Shown here in pieces: positions 27,863-36,355 of a stretch of DNA of 64,000 nt. This DNA comes from Candidatus Altimarinota bacterium (GTDB lineage Bacteria; Patescibacteriota; Gracilibacteria; UBA4473). The stretch spans positions 672,001 through 736,000 of the forward strand of contig OZ246423.1 of the NCBI GenBank assembly GCA_965231215.1, given 5' to 3'. How positions within the stretch are numbered: position 1 is the stretch's first letter; every line of letters begins with the position of its first letter. Below the pieces are notes generated by a model. It searched no databases and had not been told where the DNA came from. It saw only the letters and a list, made by a program, of their open reading frames with translations. Made by a program: the position numbers and the translations under genes.

Positions 27863-28520
27863 CTAATTTAAGGGTAAATTTTTCTAAAATATTTTTTTCA
27901 TGGAATAGTGAGTAGTTGTCAGATTCAGTATTTTTGGATTTTCCAAAGATAATTTCTGAAATTTCGGTTTCAATAACTTTAAAATGACGGTCAAAATCGG
28001 CCACAATTTTTTGATTTGGAGTCCCTCCATAGATCAAGGACACATGAGGGAGGAAGTTTTGGTATCTGTATTCAGGATGCTGAGAAAAAGGAATTTCATT
28101 ACAAATAGTTTCGTGAATTTGTTGGAGTCTTGAGGTAGGGTCATAGACCTCGGCAAACACAACATTTGGAAACATATTAATATTTTGGATACGAAGAGGA
28201 ATAGAAGGGCATGCGGCAAAGATATCTTTGAGTGTTTTTTTGATATACTTAACGTCATTTTTTTGAAAATGTGTACCGAGCCGCCCAGGCAATGCGAGCG
28301 TTACGTGCAGGTGTTCTAACGGTGGAATGGTTGGGTTTTGGATATCGAGTTTTTGTATTACCGCCTGTTGTATTTCCGCCAAATGCTGGGTGGTCTCAAG
28401 GGGAATTAGTCCGGCAATATAGTGTACAAAGTCCGGCTCTTTTTCCCAGATTTCTGTGCCATATAAAGAGCTATTTTTTTGCCAATTTTGGTTAAATTTT
28501 TGGATTTGTGTTTCAATCAT
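27837..28520 (-). CDS. 2H phosphoesterase (2'-5' RNA ligase family)
   Basis: two HxT/S motifs: LHVTL and PHVSL. Confidence 0.85.
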   Translation of the reverse strand: MIETQIQKFNQNWQKNSSLYGTEIWEKEPDFVHYIAGLIPLETTQHLAEIQQAVIQKLDIQNPTIPPLEHLHVTLALPGRLGTHFQKNDVKYIKKTLKDIFAACPSIPLRIQNINMFPNVVFAEVYDPTSRLQQIHETICNEIPFSQHPEYRYQNFLPHVSLIYGGTPNQKIVADFDRHFKVIETEISEIIFGKSKNTESDNYSLFHEKNILEKFTLKLDEKTITHR

Positions 28521-28545
28521 GTGTAAAAAATAAATTGGCGAAATT

Positions 28546-29898
28546 TTAGTCGTTTCGGAGCACGTAGTTAAAAATTTTACAGAGACTTTTAGCTTTATTA
28601 TGGACTTCTAACCATTCTTTAGATTTTTCAGAATCCTGGACAATTCCGGCTCCAGTTCGGAACCTCGCTATGCCGTCCTTTAGGAAAAAAGACCTAATCG
28701 CGATACAAAACTCCATATTGTCATCGGCCGAAAAATAGCCCATGGCCCCACCATATAAATTTCTTGGATTGGATTCGGTTTGGTAGATCAAATCTATAGC
28801 TCGAATTTTTGGAGCTCCGGTAAGCGTTCCAGCTGGGAATATAGCTTTGAAAAAATCTATGGTATCAAATTCGTCACGAATCGCCCCCGAAATATCGCTG
28901 ACCATGTGCATGAGGTTAGCAAAAATACGGCCGTATTTTTCTTTTTCTACATGGATTGATTGCGGTTCGCAGATTTTTCCAAGATCGTTTCTTCCAAGGT
29001 CTACCAGCATATCATGCTCGGCGTTTTCTTTTGGGTCTTGAGCCATTTCTTGAAATATGGTGGTGTCTTCTGTTTTGTTTTTTCCTCTATACCGAGTTCC
29101 AGCAATAGGACAGTAAACGACTTTTTTACCACGCTTAGAGCCCAGAATTTCGGGGCTAGCACCACAGACCTGGCCGTGCTGTTTGAAGTCAAAGAAGACT
29201 AAATGCGTAGTAGGTTCGAGTTTTCGTAAAACTTGGTAGAATTCAAGTCCGTCATGGAGGCCTACATTTTTTCGGAATCCGTTACTGATAATAATTTGAA
29301 AAATTTCTCCATTGAGTATTTTTTCTTTGGCCCAGCTCACTTTTTCACCAAAGGTGGCTTCAGTTTGTTCTGATTCGAAAGCCGAAAAATCCAAAAATTT
29401 ATCTGTTTTAAGCTGATCAAGTTCTACTACTTCTGGCTTCATGGCCCTGGCTTTTTTTAAGATTTTTTTATTTTCAGTGATAAAGTTATCACGTTCTGGA
29501 GTGGTTTGGATCGCAAAAATTTTCTTTTGAGCATGATCAAAGGCAAAAAACCGCGAAAACTCGTAAAAAAGAGCGTGTGGATAGTCTGATTCTCGTGCAA
29601 ATTTGGGTTCGATTTCGCCAAATATTTCAAAATTAAAATATCCTATAAGCCCTCCAGAAAAGGGAAAATTTTTGGGAAAAGGTATAGTTTTGGACAGACT
29701 TTTTTTTAGTTTTTCAAAGGAATTTTTGTGACTTTCGATCTCTTGAATAGGAACACAGGCAATGAGTGAAAACTGATTGGAATCATCTGTGAAGCCCGAC
29801 TCCAGCAAAGCACAAGGGCCTCCAAAGTGGTCTCTAGCACTGCTAAAGACAGAGATAGGAGAAAGCCCTTCTTCATAATCAAAAATTTCTAGTATCAT
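28546..29898 (-). CDS. trpE: anthranilate synthase component I
   Basis: LLES, GEIFQ, ASPE, PIAGT, EHDMLVDLGRNDL, FPAGTLTGAPKIRA; context with trpG/trpD/trpR. Confidence 0.92.
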   Translation of the reverse strand: MILEIFDYEEGLSPISVFSSARDHFGGPCALLESGFTDDSNQFSLIACVPIQEIESHKNSFEKLKKSLSKTIPFPKNFPFSGGLIGYFNFEIFGEIEPKFARESDYPHALFYEFSRFFAFDHAQKKIFAIQTTPERDNFITENKKILKKARAMKPEVVELDQLKTDKFLDFSAFESEQTEATFGEKVSWAKEKILNGEIFQIIISNGFRKNVGLHDGLEFYQVLRKLEPTTHLVFFDFKQHGQVCGASPEILGSKRGKKVVYCPIAGTRYRGKNKTEDTTIFQEMAQDPKENAEHDMLVDLGRNDLGKICEPQSIHVEKEKYGRIFANLMHMVSDISGAIRDEFDTIDFFKAIFPAGTLTGAPKIRAIDLIYQTESNPRNLYGGAMGYFSADDNMEFCIAIRSFFLKDGIARFRTGAGIVQDSEKSKEWLEVHNKAKSLCKIFNYVLRND

Positions 29899-30002
29899 CT
29901 GTTTTTCGAAGTTTTAGCTATTATCTTATTCATTTTTTTTTGAGCTTAGGGGCTCGTAAATTTTTGGAGCAAAAAATACGCTTTAAAGGGAAACCGTAGG
30001 GT

Positions 30003-30299
30003 TTAAGCTTTATTTACATACTCAGGAAAAATTTTTGGGAAGATCCCTCTCCCAACTCCAAACTGTAGTTCGGCACTTCCTCTAGAAATCTGCGAAATAC
30101 TAACCCCTAACTTTTCAGAAATTTCTCTTTGAGGTACTCCTTTCATAAGCATTTCAACAAGCCTATAACGATCACACAAGGTATCGCATTCATTAGGCGT
30201 AAAGAAAGCTCTGAAGAAGTTTTCAATCTCCTCCGGATCATTAAAATTTTGCATTTTTTTGCTGATTTCTTTAAGGACTTTGGCTTTGTTGTTTGTCAT
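30003..30299 (-). CDS. trpR: Trp repressor family HTH protein
   Basis: FTP.E...L..R...V..L..G.PQREIS..LGVSI..ISRGS. Confidence 0.88.
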   Translation of the reverse strand: MTNNKAKVLKEISKKMQNFNDPEEIENFFRAFFTPNECDTLCDRYRLVEMLMKGVPQREISEKLGVSISQISRGSAELQFGVGRGIFPKIFPEYVNKA

Positions 30300-30302
30300 G
30301 GT

Positions 30303-30320
30303 GTACCGGTTAAGCAGTAC
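30303..30320. promoter_or_regulatory. TrpR operator (Trp box)
   Basis: GTACCGGTTAAGCAGTAC resembles the TrpR palindrome GTACTAGTTAACTAGTAC; lies between a minus-strand TTGACG-16-TATTTT promoter and the trpR ATG. Confidence 0.8.
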
Positions 30321-30376
30321 AAAAATAGAGGATATTTTTTCGCCGTCAATTTTTTTTAACGTATATTGGGAGGGAG

Positions 30377-30850
30377 ATGAAAATTATAGGGATAGATCCA
30401 GGCTTCGAACGGTGTGGTTTTGCTGTTTTAGAAAAGGAAGGGCCAAAAATTAACCTCCTTACCTCCGGAATTATAAAGACAAATAAAAATGCTAAATTTT
30501 TAGACCGACAGTCTGAAGTCGCGGATGATTTTCAGGCATTACTTTCAAGATACACCCCTAAAGTGCTTTCGATTGAAGATTTGTTCTTTGTGCAGAATAT
30601 TACCACAGGCCTCAAGGTAGCTCAGGTGCGAGGAGTTTTAACCTTTTTGGCAAAAGAAGCAGGATGTAAAATAGTAGAACCCAAACCTACAGAGGTTAAA
30701 AAAACCTTTTGTGGAGATGGGAAAGCGGATAAGAATGCTATGAAGCGGATGGTAAAAATTATGTTTAACCTTGAGAAAAGTCCTAAAGTTGATGATGTGG
30801 CAGATGCGATTGCCATCGCTTATTTTGCAGCACAAAACCTAGATTTTTAG
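30377..30850 (+). CDS. ruvC: crossover junction endodeoxyribonuclease RuvC
   Basis: IIGIDPG, IEDLFF, GDGKADK, DD.ADAIAIA. Confidence 0.96.
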   Translation: MKIIGIDPGFERCGFAVLEKEGPKINLLTSGIIKTNKNAKFLDRQSEVADDFQALLSRYTPKVLSIEDLFFVQNITTGLKVAQVRGVLTFLAKEAGCKIVEPKPTEVKKTFCGDGKADKNAMKRMVKIMFNLEKSPKVDDVADAIAIAYFAAQNLDF

Positions 30851-30874
30851 GGATATTTATGGTATAATCGCGCG

Positions 30875-31879
30875 ATGGCTGAAACTCAAAATCAACCCAG
30901 CGAAAACAAAGAAGACAAAAAATCTGCATCTTCAATTACCCCCGAACAGGCAGAAGAAAAAGTAACAGAGGCTGTAGATTCGGTGATGTCTCATCCCGGG
31001 AATGATAGTTTGATTGAGGAAGATGGAGATATTTTTTGGACGATACAGCAAGTTTCTTGGGGGATCATTAAAACCCTCGCTATCCTGGTATTTTTGCTTT
31101 TGCTTATTTGGTTTATATGGAACCCAAGCAGTTTTAAATTCTGGGAAAGGACGCCTCGTTCTGACTTTAATATTGAACTGGGGGAAAAAGAAAAAGGCTT
31201 TATGGAGAAACTTTTTGGAGGAGATACTAACGCTGATCAAAAAGAACAAATAGCCGAAAAAGCGATCGAAAATGGAGAAGAGGCAAACACGGCCCCTTCA
31301 AAAACCCAAGAAGACTCTACGGCGAAGAACAAGGAAACCTTGGATCAACAAGAATCCACAATTCAAGATATTAATGATGCAGTCGATAGATCGTATCAAT
31401 TAGAAGCGCAAAGAGTACAGCTTTCTCGAGGAACTATTTCTGAAAGTGTGCAGTGGCTTCGGAGAGCTAAAAATATTGGGGAAATTTCCCTCACCGTTAT
31501 ACGAACCGAATCCCCTTCTGCTCGAGCCCAAAAAGTAGAAGAAATTATTGCTGAAGCCGATTTTTTATTTGTGGATTCGGTCCGAATTCAATCACAATTA
31601 GTAGCAGAAAGAGAGGCGTTGTTAGCGGCAGGACAAAACGCCAACGAGTCAATTACTCAAATAGAATCTCAGATTTCACAAGCCTTGTCGGCGTTAGATC
31701 CTAATGCGGTAGAACCTCTAGTCGTACAAAAAATTCAACAACAATATATTGCGGCTGAAAACCTTTCACGAGCTAAAATCCGAGATACATTGCTTCGAAA
31801 CGTTCAAAACTTTGATCGTCTCCTGCGCCAAAAGACGCTGCCACTGTTAACCCCGGCCACGGAGATTCGCGCCAGCTAA
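30875..31879 (+). CDS. hypothetical single-pass membrane protein with coiled coil
   Basis: one TM helix near residues 62-82; TATAAT just upstream of ATG. Confidence 0.75.
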   Translation: MAETQNQPSENKEDKKSASSITPEQAEEKVTEAVDSVMSHPGNDSLIEEDGDIFWTIQQVSWGIIKTLAILVFLLLLIWFIWNPSSFKFWERTPRSDFNIELGEKEKGFMEKLFGGDTNADQKEQIAEKAIENGEEANTAPSKTQEDSTAKNKETLDQQESTIQDINDAVDRSYQLEAQRVQLSRGTISESVQWLRRAKNIGEISLTVIRTESPSARAQKVEEIIAEADFLFVDSVRIQSQLVAEREALLAAGQNANESITQIESQISQALSALDPNAVEPLVVQKIQQQYIAAENLSRAKIRDTLLRNVQNFDRLLRQKTLPLLTPATEIRAS

Positions 31880-33548
31880 ACAGCACCCCTAAGTTTTTTT
31901 TAGCACGTTCTCTGACCTGAGTGGGCATTTGAATTTTCCGCGGCCAATGAGGGTTAGGGGACTCCAAAATGTCAGATTCTAGGACTTTTATATTTTCATA
32001 TTGAGGGTAAATAAATTGGTTTTTTTCGGCTAAGTACTGAGCCATCCACGTTTCATTTTGGAGCACAATATCAAAGAAATTTTCTTCAACAGCAGACGAT
32101 AATTTTTTACTCTTAATTTTTGTGATTTCATCGGATAAAAACTGTTGAAACTCGGCAGTAGAGCCTCCAGTAGGCGCTGAACCAAGATCCGAAACTACAA
32201 AAATTTCTTTTTTTGCCGTATGACTTGCGCCCGAATAATCTTCGATGGTTAACTCAAGCAGATAATTTCCAAGGGCCTCAATTTTATAGCTAGGGGGATT
32301 TTCTACTTCAGAAAAAATGCTGCCATTGAGTTTCCAGGTGAATGATTTTATATCTTTTGATCCATCAGGATCAGTAGATTCTTGAGCTGTAACATTGAGA
32401 AAAAAAGGAGCTCTGCCACGAACTTTTCCACGGCCTTGTATTTTTATCGTGGCCTGAGGGGTTTGGTTTTGAGAAAGATTTGCTTGGCCAGAGGAGCCGT
32501 TAAAGTGACGAAAGAAATCCCCCTGGGTATTTGAATCTATGCTGTCTGGGGTTCGAGCCAAAGATTCATTATCAATTAAGTCCTGAATTTCCCTACAGGG
32601 GCCTGACCAGTTATTGAGCCCCATATTCTTTTCAACACGCTTCGCTTCTGTTTGGCTCAGAGTTTCATCCTTCCAGCATACAAAGTCTTCGGTCTGTTCA
32701 AAACTAGTGCCTTCCCATAAAATTAGCTCCACGGTTCCGGAGCCAGATGATAAGCCACTTTTTTTGTTGCTCTGAAGGGTGTAAGGGTTTGTTTTTTGAG
32801 TAATCCCGTAGTCGTTGGTGCCAACGTTAAGGATGATATACTCTCCAGGCTTTACAAAAAAATCGGTATCAAATTTCCAGAGAGAAGTACCATTATGCTT
32901 TATTTCTAGATACTTTAGATTTATTTTTTCGGGGCCTGATTTGATATAAACTTCTATAAAATCAATATCATTATTACTAGGAGAAATTTCATTGATGCGT
33001 ATTTCTGTTTGATCAGAGAGTGTTGGAGACTGCGCATTGGGCAGAAGTTTTGTGTGTGCATATTTTGGGTCCAGGTTCCCCCTAAAAATAAGCGGGAAAT
33101 ATTGAGTTTCTGAAAAATTCCATACCTCACTCCAGGAGCTTCCTTCGAAAGTTCCAGATTTGGTTTTGGGATACTCAGATTGAATTAAAATTTGATCATT
33201 TTGATCTAAAATCTGAATGATCCCTCCATCATTAGCTAGATTTAGCGGAGATTTTGTCCATGAAAATAAAGCTCGCTCTGTAAGGTTAAAAGTTAATTCG
33301 CCAACTAACTCTGCCCTAGAATCAAACAAAAGACTTTCTGCGTAATCTGAAAATTTTTTAACAGTGCTGCCATTGGATATTTTCCAACCAGAGACATCTA
33401 ATATGTCTATTTCAGAAACACTAAACTCAAACCATTCTTCCTCCTCATTTATTTTGTGCGGCTGAATTTCAGTTATCTGAAGTGATTGAGCCAAGGTGAA
33501 ATTAAAAAGTAGAACAAAAAGTAAAAATCTATACATCAAAAAAGCCAT
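31773..33548 (-). CDS. secreted lamin-tail/PKD domain protein
   Basis: signal peptide; ITEI.P...EWFE and INEI.P...DFIE lamin-tail motifs; S.DPDG...SFTW PKD-like segment. Confidence 0.75.
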   Translation of the reverse strand: MAFLMYRFLLFVLLFNFTLAQSLQITEIQPHKINEEEEWFEFSVSEIDILDVSGWKISNGSTVKKFSDYAESLLFDSRAELVGELTFNLTERALFSWTKSPLNLANDGGIIQILDQNDQILIQSEYPKTKSGTFEGSSWSEVWNFSETQYFPLIFRGNLDPKYAHTKLLPNAQSPTLSDQTEIRINEISPSNNDIDFIEVYIKSGPEKINLKYLEIKHNGTSLWKFDTDFFVKPGEYIILNVGTNDYGITQKTNPYTLQSNKKSGLSSGSGTVELILWEGTSFEQTEDFVCWKDETLSQTEAKRVEKNMGLNNWSGPCREIQDLIDNESLARTPDSIDSNTQGDFFRHFNGSSGQANLSQNQTPQATIKIQGRGKVRGRAPFFLNVTAQESTDPDGSKDIKSFTWKLNGSIFSEVENPPSYKIEALGNYLLELTIEDYSGASHTAKKEIFVVSDLGSAPTGGSTAEFQQFLSDEITKIKSKKLSSAVEENFFDIVLQNETWMAQYLAEKNQFIYPQYENIKVLESDILESPNPHWPRKIQMPTQVRERAKKNLGVLFSWRESPWPGLTVAASFGAGDDQSFERFEAMYLGF

Positions 33549-33659
33549 ACCTCTGGTATTGCTAAATTCAAGAATTAGTTTTAATTGAATTTTAATAAAT
33601 CAGAATCATTCTGGCTTGTTCAGAAACACATAAATGCTTATCTTGGATGCGTTATTTTG

Positions 33660-34943
33660 ATGAAATATCTACTTAGAGGGGGTGTCATACTGGGGGTTTC
33701 GGCTTTAGCTTCAAAATTTTTGGGGCTTTGGCGAGATCGTTTAGTAGTAGAGATTTTTCCCCCTGAAGCCGGGGACCTTATCTTTGCGGCATTTCGGATT
33801 CCAGATTTTTTCTACTATTTATTGGTGGGAACTACGGTTTCTGTCATCTTTTTACCTCGAATTGTAGAGCTAAAAGAGGCTGAAAAAATTGAATATTTTT
33901 CCTCTTTTCTGTGGGGGGTGTTAATTTTCTTTGGGATTTTGAGTGGTTTTGGGGTCATTTTTGCAGAGAATTTAGCGGCCATTTTTGCTTCTGGGTTTGC
34001 GGCTCCACTGCAAGGAGAAATTGCTAATTTGGCCAAACTGCTTTTTGGTTCGGTTTTTTTATTAAGTCTTTCCAGTGTTTTTACAGCTGTATTGCAATCT
34101 TGGGAAAATTTTTTAGCCATTGCGATGGCTCCACTTTTGTACATGGGAAGTATCGCCGGAGGTTTATATCTATTCAGAGATCAGTTTGCCATTCAGATCG
34201 TAGGGATGGGGGCTATATTTGGAGCCATAGTGCATTTTTTGATCACTTCTGGGACTTATTTTTGGAGGGGAGGGAGTGTGAGATTCGTTTGGCAAAAGCC
34301 CCTTTCTGCCTGGCAAAACTTTTGGGGAGACTTTGGGCGAAGGATCTTTAATAATGCGGCCTTCCAGATAAACCAATCGGTGGATGTATGGATTGGGAGT
34401 TTTTTGATAATGGGGTCAGTAACGGCTTTTACCTTAGGCACAAATTTAGGGCATTTTTTGCTCTCTATTGTGGGAATGTCTGTGGCTAATTCTGCTTTCC
34501 CAAAACTTTCCAAAGCCAAACACAACTATCCTAAACAGAAGGAAATACTGCTTAATGCTCTTAAATGGATTTGGGCGATTTGTGTCCCAGCTTCCATCAT
34601 GTGTGCTTTGTTTTCGAGAGAAATTTTGAGCCTCTTATTTGGTCTCGAAGGAGAGCGTTTGGAGATGAGTGAAACCGTGTTTTTCTGGACAGTTATAAGT
34701 TTACCATTTGCCTGTACTTTACCGGCTTTTTCACGAGTATTTTTATCTAACGATGACACCCTGACACCGCTCTATGCCACGGTTACTTCACTTGCCATAG
34801 CCACAGGATTGGCGGCGTATTTAAGCCTGGTATACCTCCCGTACGAACAGGCCATATTGGGGTTGGCGCTTGGAAATTTTGCGGCTAATACAATTGGGTT
34901 TGTATTGTTTTGGTTTTGTTTGTGGTATAAGTACGAGCGCTAA
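33660..34943 (+). CDS. murJ: lipid II flippase MurJ (MviN)
   Basis: SKFLGLWRD, AAFRIPDF, multi-TM; ATG at 33660. Confidence 0.9.
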   Translation: MKYLLRGGVILGVSALASKFLGLWRDRLVVEIFPPEAGDLIFAAFRIPDFFYYLLVGTTVSVIFLPRIVELKEAEKIEYFSSFLWGVLIFFGILSGFGVIFAENLAAIFASGFAAPLQGEIANLAKLLFGSVFLLSLSSVFTAVLQSWENFLAIAMAPLLYMGSIAGGLYLFRDQFAIQIVGMGAIFGAIVHFLITSGTYFWRGGSVRFVWQKPLSAWQNFWGDFGRRIFNNAAFQINQSVDVWIGSFLIMGSVTAFTLGTNLGHFLLSIVGMSVANSAFPKLSKAKHNYPKQKEILLNALKWIWAICVPASIMCALFSREILSLLFGLEGERLEMSETVFFWTVISLPFACTLPAFSRVFLSNDDTLTPLYATVTSLAIATGLAAYLSLVYLPYEQAILGLALGNFAANTIGFVLFWFCLWYKYER

Positions 34944-35821
34944 TGTTGGTACAAAAGTTTACCGTTACCGAAGATCAAAATGCAACCAGAATAGATAGTC
35001 TTTGTGCAACACTTTTTCCTGAAATATCACGATCACGATGGATTAAGCATGGGAAATTTATTTGCAATAGTGTTGTAAAAACTCAAAAAACCAAGGTAAA
35101 GACTGGTGAAGTATGGGAGGTTCAGTGTGAGGAAGAAACTTTTAGTGAAACAATAGAGCCTTGGGATACGCCCATACAGATTTTAGCCGAAACAGATCAC
35201 TGGGTAGCGGTAAATAAGCCTTATGGGATTTCTGTGCATGGTTCGGTAAGTGAGAGAACTCATAAGACGATGGTAAATGCCTTAGTACACCATTTTGGTA
35301 AAAATTTAGCCGTTAATTTTGATGAAATTGAAGGGCGAAGCCTTCCTCGTCCTGGGATCGTACATCGCTTAGACAAAACTACTTCTGGAGTTTTATTAGT
35401 CGCTAAAACCAATGCGGCTCATGCGTACTTTCAAACCCACTGGAGTGAATTTGAAAAAACCTATATCGCGATAATTTTGGGGACTCCCCCCAGCACGGGG
35501 AAAATTGAATCTGGAATTATCCGTGATCCTCACAATCGCAAACGCATGATGGCCGCTGACACAGAAAAGTCTAAATGGTCTGTGACCACCTTTGAGAAGC
35601 TCGAACAAATAGGCGATAGAGCTCGGTTAGCAGTAAAAATTTCAACCGGCAGAACCCACCAGATTCGGGTTCACCTTAGTTCGATTGGGTTCCCCGTGGT
35701 TGGAGATGTTTTGTATGGAGGCATTGAAGCGGATCGAGTCATGTTGCAGGCTCAATCTCTGAAATTTTTAGATCCGGAAACAAAAGAAGAAGTTGTTGTA
35801 GAATCTGAAGTTGAATTCTAG
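34943..35821 (+). CDS. RluA/RluD family pseudouridine synthase
   Basis: VNKP.G, IVHRLDKTTSG, TGRTHQIRVH. Confidence 0.95.
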   Translation: MLVQKFTVTEDQNATRIDSLCATLFPEISRSRWIKHGKFICNSVVKTQKTKVKTGEVWEVQCEEETFSETIEPWDTPIQILAETDHWVAVNKPYGISVHGSVSERTHKTMVNALVHHFGKNLAVNFDEIEGRSLPRPGIVHRLDKTTSGVLLVAKTNAAHAYFQTHWSEFEKTYIAIILGTPPSTGKIESGIIRDPHNRKRMMAADTEKSKWSVTTFEKLEQIGDRARLAVKISTGRTHQIRVHLSSIGFPVVGDVLYGGIEADRVMLQAQSLKFLDPETKEEVVVESEVEF

Positions 35822-35856
35822 GTGACAAAAATTCTATTTATTGTTATAATATTCCG

Positions 35857-36264
35857 ATGCAATATAAATATAGAGAGTTTGTCTTTGATAGTGACGAAGA
35901 AAGAATATTTTTTATCGCTTGTGAAGAGCTTGGTTTAGCTTTACAGGTTCACAAAAAATCACCTTACATTGATGAATTTGGAAAAAAGCAAAATAAGACG
36001 ATAGATTTTTATTGGCAAAATAAATCTTCACAAATTAAAATAGTTATTGAATGCGATGGAAATCAGCATAAGAAGCGTAAGCGAAATGACAATATTCGTG
36101 ATGACGATCTCCGGGCTCGAGGGATTGTGATTTTTAGGTTTACCGCTCAAAAAATTCGGGAAAATGCTCAAAAATGTGCACAAAAGGTTCAAGATTATAT
36201 CCTTATTCAAGAGGAAATTCTACGCCTTCAGGCTCGAGCCCGAAAGATAATATACGCTGGTTAA
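35857..36264 (+). CDS. DUF559/very-short-patch-like endonuclease domain protein
   Basis: IDF...IVIECDG..H....D..RD..L...G..IFRF. Confidence 0.8.
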   Translation: MQYKYREFVFDSDEERIFFIACEELGLALQVHKKSPYIDEFGKKQNKTIDFYWQNKSSQIKIVIECDGNQHKKRKRNDNIRDDDLRARGIVIFRFTAQKIRENAQKCAQKVQDYILIQEEILRLQARARKIIYAG

Positions 36265-36355
36265 TTTCTTTAGCGTGTCGATCGTTTTGAGGATAGCTTT
36301 GGATTTTTTTGCGTCTTTCTTCCCGAAAACTGACCGTATTATAATTTTAATAAAG

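Noticed and set aside
29895-29933. 12-codon ORF (MNKIIAKTSKNR) before trpE as an attenuator leader peptide
   Set aside because: No Trp codons and no convincing terminator/antiterminator between it and trpE.
31773-31879. 107-bp overlap of convergent genes
   Set aside because: Most simply a run-on C-terminus of the minus-strand gene; no sign of dual function.
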